Source of the DNA: an uncultured Actinomycetota bacterium
GTDB lineage: Bacteria; Actinomycetota; Actinomycetes; Propionibacteriales; Nocardioidaceae
DNA length: 64,000 bases
Direction of reading: 5' to 3'
NCBI GenBank assembly: GCA_963812265.1
Contig: CAWEUL010000005.1
Coordinates: 55,915-119,914, forward strand
Position 1 is the first letter of the stretch; each line of letters begins with the position of its first letter. A program made the translations under genes and the position numbers. Positions 19,143-27,800 of the stretch are shown in pieces. The notes under the pieces are model-generated. The model had not been told where the DNA came from, ran no database searches, and saw nothing but the letters and a program-made list of their open reading frames with translations.

Positions 19143-20504
19143 TCACCCCACGTCTCGAAGGCTGACCTTGGCCAGGCGTTGGTCCAGGGCCTCGGCGACG
19201 GCCAGCGACTCGAGCAGCTTGGCGGCCCAGTCCGGAGGAGGGTCGGGGATCGGGTGCTTGGTGACCAGCTTGTCGATCGCCCGGTAGCGCTTGAGGATCT
19301 CGCTGAGGATCTCGGCGAGGGTGGGCGGCTTGGTGAGGTAGATCAAGGAGCCGCACCCGGCCGGCACGTCGCCGTACTGCGGGTCGTCGTAGGAGTTCGC
19401 ATACTCATAGGCGTCAGAGTAGTTGAACGCCTCGCGCACACTGACCCGCCCGTCGCTGTTGGCGTCCGGTTGGTGCCCGAGGCTCGCGCCGTACGCCGTA
19501 GCCGCGTTGACGGCCTCGAACCAGGTGCGCGCCCACTGGTCGAAGTGCGCGTCGCCGGCGCTCGGCTTGGTGGCGGGCACCGCGCTTGCGAACGAGGTCC
19601 GGCTCGCCGAGCTGTGGTCGAGGGTGGGTTGCAGGAACGCCCCCGAGTAGCACTGCTCCATGGTCACGACGAGCGTGCCGAACGGATCCATCCCGTCGAG
19701 CATCGTCGACCACTCCGCGGGGGTCAGCACCGATGAGTTGTCGACGCACAGTCCCGTCGTGGAGCCGTGGTTGTTGGTGTGGACGAACAGCAGGCTGTTC
19801 TCGTCCATGCGGGCGCTGATCTGGTCGATCGTCGTCTGGAGGTTCGCCTTGGTGGCCGAGGCGGTGACCTGCATCTGGTACGCCGTGTTGTCGCCGACCC
19901 AGGTGGCCATGTCGGCACCCGAGTAGTCGGTCGATCCGATGGTCCCGTCGTAGCAGAGCACATAGATGTTGGCGGCGGGGAACCCGAATCTGTGACGAAG
20001 GATGCGGTAGGCGAACTCGATGTCCTCCACGTGGCGACGATTGCTGATCTGGCTCGTCCACAGCAGCGCGAAGCGGTTGTCGTCCACCAGCCACGGGAAG
20101 TGGGCAACGGCATCCCAGTCAACCCGGTCATAGAGCGTCGGCAGCGTGGCGGACTGCTTGAGCGGCTCGTGGAAGTAGTCGGGCCTCAGCGCCCGGTCGG
20201 AGACCTCGGGAGGGAACTGCGCGAGCGCCGTGCCGAGCAGGGCGCCGTCGCGGATCGAGTGGAACAGGTAGCGGCACGGGTGGCCGAAGTTGGCACCGGG
20301 CAGCTGGTCCTCGAACACGACGATCGCGTCGTCCGGCACCTCGATCTCGCGGTCGACCAGCCGGAGCACGTGACCCCGGCGCAGGGCGCGCGGCACCACT
20401 CCCAGGTGATGAGCGGCGGCCCGGTCGGGGGTGAGCACCGCGAACGCCTCCGCCCGAGCACGCTCGACGATCTCTTTCCTGGGCTTCCTCAGATACTCGG
20501 CCAT
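19143..20504 (-). CDS. Clan CD cysteine peptidase (legumain C13/caspase-like) with N-terminal accessory domain and EF-hand-like loop
   Basis: HTNNHG...MEQCYSGAF His-Cys dyad in caspase/legumain spacing; ATKANL and YVLCYDG segments; DANSDGRVSVRE loop; AAGGAGG RBS; no signal peptide. Confidence 0.75.
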   Translation of the reverse strand: MAEYLRKPRKEIVERARAEAFAVLTPDRAAAHHLGVVPRALRRGHVLRLVDREIEVPDDAIVVFEDQLPGANFGHPCRYLFHSIRDGALLGTALAQFPPEVSDRALRPDYFHEPLKQSATLPTLYDRVDWDAVAHFPWLVDDNRFALLWTSQISNRRHVEDIEFAYRILRHRFGFPAANIYVLCYDGTIGSTDYSGADMATWVGDNTAYQMQVTASATKANLQTTIDQISARMDENSLLFVHTNNHGSTTGLCVDNSSVLTPAEWSTMLDGMDPFGTLVVTMEQCYSGAFLQPTLDHSSASRTSFASAVPATKPSAGDAHFDQWARTWFEAVNAATAYGASLGHQPDANSDGRVSVREAFNYSDAYEYANSYDDPQYGDVPAGCGSLIYLTKPPTLAEILSEILKRYRAIDKLVTKHPIPDPPPDWAAKLLESLAVAEALDQRLAKVSLRDVG

Positions 20505-20523
20505 GATTTCCCTCCTTGGTGTG

Positions 20524-20865
20524 TCACGGCGGTACGAGGTCAGCGATCCCGTCCGGGTCCGCAGCCACGACCCACGTTTCCGGGAGACGGCCGTAGGCCG
20601 GCGGCCGGTCGCTGTCGACGGTGAGCAGCAGCTCGCCCGAGTCCAGGTCGAGGAGCGCGTAGGTGCAGGGGTGCATCCAGTTCGCCTGCGGCATCTGGTC
20701 GCGGAAGACCAGGAGCGACCGGCCCCGGATCTGGTGGGACTCGCTGCCGAGACTGACGGCTCCCGCTTCCCGAACGGCGCGGTCGACGTAGACAACGACA
20801 CCTTCTGCTGCGCCGAAGGCGCGAACTGCCGCCTCGACTGCAACCTCGCTGTCGACCAGCGTCAT
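20524..20865 (-). CDS. 113-aa stand-alone paralogue of the peptidase N-terminal domain
   Basis: LVFRDQMPQANWMHPCTY versus VVFEDQLPGANFGHPCRY in the adjacent peptidase. Confidence 0.75.
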   Translation of the reverse strand: MTLVDSEVAVEAAVRAFGAAEGVVVYVDRAVREAGAVSLGSESHQIRGRSLLVFRDQMPQANWMHPCTYALLDLDSGELLLTVDSDRPPAYGRLPETWVVAADPDGIADLVPP

Positions 20866-21072
20866 CTGGGTCTCACCTGGATCTCGGTCCGGATGAAGGG
20901 AGCCGTGGAGTTCACCGCAGATACAGGACTTTCGCAGAGTACGGCTGATCGGACCGCGGGCACCACCGTCTCCCGGATCGTGCCCGGTCTCCCGTTGCCG
21001 TGTGCGCACGATGGTGGTTCACTGACGAGACCGGGGTTCGGGCCCTGTGGCCCGCTCCGGCGGGAGACGTCC

Positions 21073-24000
21073 ATGCGACGGAACACACGTACCCCTCAGC
21101 CAGGTCGCCGCTCGCGCCGAGCACCTGACCCGGGCAAGATCCTGCCGGAACCGCTCACCGCGATTCCGCCCGATGTGCTGGCGGCGATGCCGCGTCGGCC
21201 CTCACACCACTTCCGGGTGCTGCGCCCCGGTGACCTGGTCGTGCTCGACGTGCTCGGCTTCGGCCTCCAGTCGGCGGCTGACGACGGACAGCTGCATCTG
21301 GAACCCGCCGAGGACGACGCCTACCTCGAGGTGCGCTACACCTTCCAACACCTCCACGAAGCCGCGGAACCGGAGCCGAACGGACCCTCGCCGTTCCCGC
21401 CGACGCCCATCCCGGTGCCGGTTCGCGCCGCGAACGGCAGTCGCCTCGTGTACGACGTTCCCGACGGTGAGCAGATCCCCTACAACGTGAAGGGGGTGCT
21501 CGCCGCGATGTCGCGACTCCCGTTGCGGGTCGTGCCCCTGGCCACCCCGCGGCCCGGCCGCCGCCGGTTCACGCCCGGCGCGTTCGCCGACGCGCACACC
21601 AGCGTCGTCCTGCCAGGCGGGCTGCGCCTGCTCAACTCCGCCGAGGGGCTGGTCCTGGCTCCGCCGGCTCGGGGTGCGGTGTCGACGCCGGGCCGCCCCC
21701 GTGAGCTCCTGACGAACGCGCTCGCCCTGCGGACCGCCAGGCATCTGCTGGTCAGCCAGCGCGCGGTCGACCTGAGCGGGATCGCCCGGCCCGGCACCGC
21801 TCTCGGGCCAGGCGGGTTGACCTTCGAGCCGCCCGTGGTCCGACCTCGGCGGCAGCGCCCGCGAGCCCCGAAGCCCGATGAGACCGCCATCGAGGCGCCG
21901 TTCCGGCTGATCCTGTCGCCCAGCGTCCTGGGCGGGTTCACGCACGCGGTGAAACCTCGGCGGGTCGCGCCCGATCCCGCCCGAGCGCACGACCCTGAGC
22001 GGGTCGAGCTGTGGCACAGCCGGCTCGGGGTCCGCCGTGTCGACGAGGACGGCGTCGTGTCGGTCGACGAGACGACGGACCAGCAGAAGATCGTGAGAGC
22101 CGTCTGGACCCGCGACCTGGACAACCCGCCACCTGACCTGATCACGTTCCTGGCCTCGCTCACCGCCGAGGACCGTGAGGCGCTGGTGCGCGAGTCGGCA
22201 GACCCGGCGTACGCCACGCCGCAGCCGGTGTCCGCAGAGAAGCTGAGCCTGTCCTCGCTCGGGGCCTGGTTGGAGCTGCACGGCCGTTGGGACGACGGCC
22301 CCTACATCGACACCCCCCACATCGTCACCCGGTGGGACCACCAGGCGGCCAGCGGGCGGGACTTCTACGTGCGGGTGGACCAGCCGTACTACGTCTATCC
22401 GACCGGACACCAGGCCGTGCTCGTCACGATCACCGAGCGCAAGATCAAGGAGGTCATGAACCCGCAGGCCCGGCTCTACCAACGCAAGTTCCTGCTGTTC
22501 AAGGACCCGTTGCGCACCTACACGAGCCGCACCTGGCCGTTCACGCAGATCCGGATCCGGCCCCTCGCGACCCCCAACCTCGACTTCAAGCTGCCCCCGC
22601 CCACGCCGCCCGACGTCGCCGGCTCGGTGGGCTCCTGGGGGGACGATCTGTTCTGGCCGATGGTCGACGGCGCGCGCTACAAGTTCCTGCTCGACTGCCT
22701 CGACCACGAGGGCCGACGGGTGATCCTGAGGACACCTCTGCTTGCGGTGTCCGCGACGATGAACACCGGCGACGAGCGGGCGGCCGTCGAGAAGGCGTAC
22801 CGCGACGACGGCGACCACGTGGTGCCCGGCGACGGACAGAGTGTTGCCATGGGCCCGATCACGGTGCCCGGAGACACGGCCTACGAGACCGTGAACCTCG
22901 GCTTCGACGGGGCGGCCGAGCAAGGGACCTCCACACCCACGCTGGCCGATGCCGACATCGTGGTGCCGGCGATGCAGCACCTGGCGCCCAACGCCGACCA
23001 GGTGACGGTCTCCTACGCCGATGCCTACGCCGCATCGGGTTTCGCGGGAGCCAACGCCACCGCTCAGGTGCTGCTCAAGCTCACTACCCAGGCGAAGATC
23101 GAGTTCGGCAACGGCACCGACCGAGCCGGCGGGTTCGTCCAGCCGGACCTCCCCGTCGACGGGCTCTCTCGGGTCCTCGGCATCGTCGGCGACGTCGACT
23201 CCGTGGTCTCCCCGACGACTCCGGGGCTGGACTTCGACCCCGACAAGTTCCTGGCCAACGTGACCCCGATGCTTTTCGGGCTCTTCGAGCTCACCGACAT
23301 CCTGGCCGCCGCGGGACTGGACAAGGCCCCGCGGTTCGTGACCGAGCAGCTGGACAAGATCGCCGCCCTGTTGGCCGACGTCGACGACCTGGTCCCTGCC
23401 GTGGACCGGGCGGTCACCCGCCTACAAGACGACGCGGCGAACGCCGCCACCTCTGCCTTGAAGACGCAGGCCGAGCAGGCCCGCGCGGCGATCGCGGCTC
23501 TGCAGTCCGACCTGGACTCCACCGTCGCCGACCTGACGGCGGCACTCGACGCGCTGATGGCGCTGGACGCACCGAGCGACCTGCCGTCGGTCACCGCCGC
23601 GGTCGGGGGCCTGCTCGGTGACCTGTCGGGCTTCGTCGCCTCGCTCGACCAGTCGGTACGCCAGCTGCCGATGCCGGCCGCCGCGAAGGCCGACCTGGAA
23701 CGACTGACCGGTGCGCTGGGCCCGCTCCTGGACGTGGCCGCGGTCGCGGACACCCTCGAGGCGGTCGCGGACTTCGTCAACGGCATCGACCCGGCGAGCA
23801 TGACCATCCGGGCCCGCTATGACTGGCGCCCGACGATGAAGAACTTCCCCGACGTCATCGACCCTGCCCAGGCCCTGTTCTTCATGCCCAAGGACGGCTT
23901 CCAGCTGTCGGTCGAGGCCCGCGCCTCCGGCGCCACGGGAGTCGGCGTCGACGTGCTCGCGGAGCTGCGCGACTTCGGCCTCAACCTCTTCCTCGACCAG

Positions 24001-24831
24001 ACGCTGCTGACGATCCGGTTCGATCGGCTGGCGTTCCGCGCCGCCTCGGGTCGCAAACCCGAGGTCGACGTGGTCTTCGCCGGGATGGAGTGGAAAGGCG
24101 TTCTGGGGTTCATCGAGACCCTGCAACGGCTTATCCCGTTCGACGGCTTCTCCGACCCGCCGTACGTCGACGTCAGCACCGATGGCGTCACTGCCGGATT
24201 CGACCTTGCCCTCCCGAACGTCGCTGTCGGGGTGTTCAGCCTCGAGAACATCAGCCTCGGTGCCGACATCCGGGTCCCGTTCCTGGGCGACGCACTGACG
24301 GTCGGGTTCAACTTCTGCACCCGGGAGAAGCCGTTCAGGTTGACCGTCATGGCCATCGGCGGGGGTGGCTTCGTCGGGCTGCGGCTCTCGCCCAAGGGCC
24401 TGGTCATGCTCGAGATGGCACTCGAGGCGGGCTGTTCGCTGTCCCTCGACTTCGGGGTGGCGTCGGGCTCGGTGTCGGTCATGGTCGGCATCTACATGAA
24501 GTTGGAGGACGACAAGGGCAGCCTCACCGGCTACTTCCGGATCCGTGGCGAAGTGGACGTCCTCGGCCTCATCTCCGCCTCGATCACGCTCGAGCTGGCG
24601 CTGACCTACGACATGGACACCGGCAAGATGGTCGGTCGGGCCTCGATCACCGTCGAGGTCGAGGTGCTGTTCTTCTCGACCTCGGTCAAGATCAGCTGCG
24701 AACGCCGGCTCGCCGGCTCGAAGGGGGATCCCACCCTGGCCCAGATCCTCGGGGTGCCCGAGGACGGTACGCCACTCGGCGCCGTGCCGGCCGCCTGGAC
24801 CGACTACTGCGCCGCCTTCGCGGGAGCCTGA
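21073..24831 (+). CDS. Giant hypothetical protein A (1252 aa): beta-rich N-part, helical middle, Gly-rich beta C-terminus
   Basis: Uninterrupted ORF with strong GC3 bias; GGGAG RBS before ATG 21073; no family recognised. Confidence 0.8.
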   Translation: MRRNTRTPQPGRRSRRAPDPGKILPEPLTAIPPDVLAAMPRRPSHHFRVLRPGDLVVLDVLGFGLQSAADDGQLHLEPAEDDAYLEVRYTFQHLHEAAEPEPNGPSPFPPTPIPVPVRAANGSRLVYDVPDGEQIPYNVKGVLAAMSRLPLRVVPLATPRPGRRRFTPGAFADAHTSVVLPGGLRLLNSAEGLVLAPPARGAVSTPGRPRELLTNALALRTARHLLVSQRAVDLSGIARPGTALGPGGLTFEPPVVRPRRQRPRAPKPDETAIEAPFRLILSPSVLGGFTHAVKPRRVAPDPARAHDPERVELWHSRLGVRRVDEDGVVSVDETTDQQKIVRAVWTRDLDNPPPDLITFLASLTAEDREALVRESADPAYATPQPVSAEKLSLSSLGAWLELHGRWDDGPYIDTPHIVTRWDHQAASGRDFYVRVDQPYYVYPTGHQAVLVTITERKIKEVMNPQARLYQRKFLLFKDPLRTYTSRTWPFTQIRIRPLATPNLDFKLPPPTPPDVAGSVGSWGDDLFWPMVDGARYKFLLDCLDHEGRRVILRTPLLAVSATMNTGDERAAVEKAYRDDGDHVVPGDGQSVAMGPITVPGDTAYETVNLGFDGAAEQGTSTPTLADADIVVPAMQHLAPNADQVTVSYADAYAASGFAGANATAQVLLKLTTQAKIEFGNGTDRAGGFVQPDLPVDGLSRVLGIVGDVDSVVSPTTPGLDFDPDKFLANVTPMLFGLFELTDILAAAGLDKAPRFVTEQLDKIAALLADVDDLVPAVDRAVTRLQDDAANAATSALKTQAEQARAAIAALQSDLDSTVADLTAALDALMALDAPSDLPSVTAAVGGLLGDLSGFVASLDQSVRQLPMPAAAKADLERLTGALGPLLDVAAVADTLEAVADFVNGIDPASMTIRARYDWRPTMKNFPDVIDPAQALFFMPKDGFQLSVEARASGATGVGVDVLAELRDFGLNLFLDQTLLTIRFDRLAFRAASGRKPEVDVVFAGMEWKGVLGFIETLQRLIPFDGFSDPPYVDVSTDGVTAGFDLALPNVAVGVFSLENISLGADIRVPFLGDALTVGFNFCTREKPFRLTVMAIGGGGFVGLRLSPKGLVMLEMALEAGCSLSLDFGVASGSVSVMVGIYMKLEDDKGSLTGYFRIRGEVDVLGLISASITLELALTYDMDTGKMVGRASITVEVEVLFFSTSVKISCERRLAGSKGDPTLAQILGVPEDGTPLGAVPAAWTDYCAAFAGA

Positions 24832-24832
24832 C

Positions 24833-27800
24833 ATGGTCATCGAGTCCTTCCTGGTCACCGCTCTTCCCCGCACCGCGGATCCCGCTCGCGGCCAGCACGT
24901 GTCGCTGTTCGTCACTCACCGGCTCACCCCGGACGGGGGAGTGGGCGTGGTCGGAGACTTCCCCCACGTCGCGGAGTGGACCGCCGCGTTGGGGAGCGCC
25001 CGGATCGAGCTGCGCGGTCACGTCGGCGGCGTCGAGCACACGATCCCGACGACCGCCCGGCTGGGACGGTTGATCCCCACCCTGTGGCCGCAGGTGTTCC
25101 CGCCGAAGCTCAGTGTCCGGCCCTGGGTCACCGCGGATCCCGCCGCGGAGGAATGGCGCTCGTTCCCGGCCCACCGGATGCAGGCGCATGCGCTGCTGAC
25201 CCACGCCGCGGCAGTCTTCTCCTCGCCCGTCGGCTCGCCGGGAGTCAGCGGCAACGTGCTCACCGGACTCCTGCTCGACGCTCTCGGGCTCCGGCAGTTC
25301 GAGGGCCGGATCTCGATGGACCTGCTCTTCGACGAGGACTTCGGCCTCGACCGGCGGGTCACCGACCTGCTCAACGAGGTCACCGAGGGTGGCCGAACCT
25401 CGCCGAGTGGCGGCCAAGACCCGCTGCTGGCGCTCGCAGCGGACGTCCACCGAGCCCGGCTCTACTACGAGCGGCCGGCCGAGCAGCGCACGTACCGTGA
25501 CCAGCCCGACCCGCAGGCCAGTCCGCCCCCGGTCGTCACACCGGACCCCGACTTCCACGAACGGGCCTCGATGCTCGGCGACCTCTCCCCGCTGCTGCGG
25601 CGGCTGGGTCTGGTGGTCGACCTGCACATCGACGACCTCGGCGCGCTCGCCGGCGTCACGGAGATCAGCGCCTCGATCGTCGTCGCGGGGCTCGACAACC
25701 CGATCAAGAACCAGCCCAGGACCGCCTGCGTGGTGGACGGCCACGGATTCTGGGTGGCCTCGGCGAGCGGTGACCACCATCGTGGCCTGCTGCGCCTGGG
25801 CGATGAGGAGCGGTTCCGGGTGCTGGACCTCGACCCGGACGCCTCCGGCCTCAAGCTCGAGCAGTATGTGCGCAACCTGCCCCGGATGTCGGCCACCGAG
25901 GAGAACGGCGATCCCGCCAGCTCGGCCCCCGCGTCGCTGCGGGCAGCCGGGTTCGCGGTCGCCCGCGTGGATCGCGCCGACCAGCTGCACGCGCAGCTCG
26001 CCGGAGCGCCGGCCCAGGACCAGGCTCTGATCTCGGGAACCGCCGCGCCGTTGACGATCGAGAGCCTCGCCCGCGGTCTCCGCCTCGAGGTCTGGGACGA
26101 CGTCTCGACGCAGTGGCACTCCCTGCACCGTCGCCGGATCGACGTCGAGGTCGACGGCGCCGGCGCCGTGCTGTCCGACACCCCGGACACCGGTTTCCTC
26201 CAGGGTGCGGCGCTCACCCGGTCGGAGGATCCCGACGGGAACACGGTCGCCGCGCCGTACTACTCCCACGAGGTGCTCGCCGGCTGGGAGGGCTGGTCGC
26301 TGTCGGTGCCCAAGCCGGGCAAGGTGGTCATCGCGGATGGAGACGACCCGGTCGACGAGCCCGACCCGGACCCCGACCCGGTCCACCCAGTGGCCACCAC
26401 CAGCCATATCGAACAGCTCACACTGCCGTGGCTGCGCTACGGACGCAGCTACGCCTTCCGTGCCTGGACCGTCGATCTGGCCGGCAACAGCGCCCCCCAC
26501 CGGGTGGCCGGCCCCGACCCGGCGGACCCGGAGGGGCCCGAGACCCCGACGGCGGCACCCCGCCGCACGCCCCGGCGCACCGGACCCGACCCGCTGGACC
26601 TGGCACAGCGTGCCGCGGGTGGCCGGTTGGCGCAGCTTCCGCACGACGCCACCTCCACCGCCGCCGGGCCGGTGCGCGACGCCGTACGCGCGCGGCATCC
26701 GGTCGAGGAGCCCGGCCCCCGCCGCGGGTCCGGGGCCCGCGGGCTCGACCTGACCGAGGTCACCCCGACCGGCATCGCCGCGGTCGACGTGGTGGTCCGT
26801 GCCCGGACGTCCGAGCGGGCCGCGCGGGACGGCGTGCCGGGACCCACCAGGCGGGCCCGCATCGAGACGGCGTTCCACCAGGCGGCCGCCGAGGTGCCGC
26901 ACCTGATGGAGCGGACCGATGTCCACCTGGACCCGGCCCTCCTCGGGTCCGCGCTGGCCTCCGCGGCCCAGACCCAGGCAGACCTGCCGGCGCTCACCCT
27001 GCCGGTCCTCAGCGAGCTCCTGGACCTGGTCACGACACCGCGGCCCTTCCTGCGGTGGGACCCGGTCGTCGAGCCGGTCGTCGTGCCTCGGCACCCTTAC
27101 ACCGAAGCCGAGTCCCAGCTGACGCTCGTCATCCGGTCTGGTGTCGAGCATCCGGACGGCGACGATCCGTATGCCGTCAGCATCGTGGACCCCGGGGCCT
27201 ACAGCGCTCAGGCCAAGGCGGCGCACCCGGAGCTGGACCTGGAGTGGCGGGCCAGGTCCCAGAGGCATCTCGCTCCACCGAAGACCAGCCAGTACGAGGC
27301 GGAGCTGCACGGTCGCTTCGACGCCGCGTTCGGCAGCGCCGACCCGGCTGTGGTCCGCGCTGCGCTCGGGGTCGCCCTGCGTGAGTCGGGCACGCTCTTC
27401 GACCCGACGGTCGCCGACCTCGACCACCCGGGTGAGCGGCTCCCGCAACCTGGGATCGCGTTCCACTCGAGCCCGACGGCCGAGGTGCCGGACGTGACCG
27501 ATCCGGCCGACCTGGAGCGGGGCGCGGGCCTGACTCCGGGTCAGTACGTCGTGCACGGCACCGACGAGCTGACCCTTCCCTATCTGCCGGATCCGCTCGC
27601 GAGCCGGTTCTCGATGACCTTCCCGGACGCGGGCCAGGGTCACCATCTGTTCGGGCTGTGGGCGATCGAGGGGGTGACGCTGCCCTACGCCGGAAGCTGG
27701 CCGCAGTGGCAGCCCTATCGCATGGTGCTGGAGTCCGGACCCACTCTCGAAGCGCGCTCGACCAGCCAGGTGGTGCGGTTCCGAGTACCTCCGGGCGAGC

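Noticed and set aside
20431-21072. 214-aa N-terminal extension of giant A in the ORF track
   Set aside because: Overlaps two well-supported minus-strand genes; ATG 21073 has an RBS.
21073-21140. Possible Tat signal in giant A (RR pairs)
   Set aside because: No hydrophobic h-region follows the arginines.
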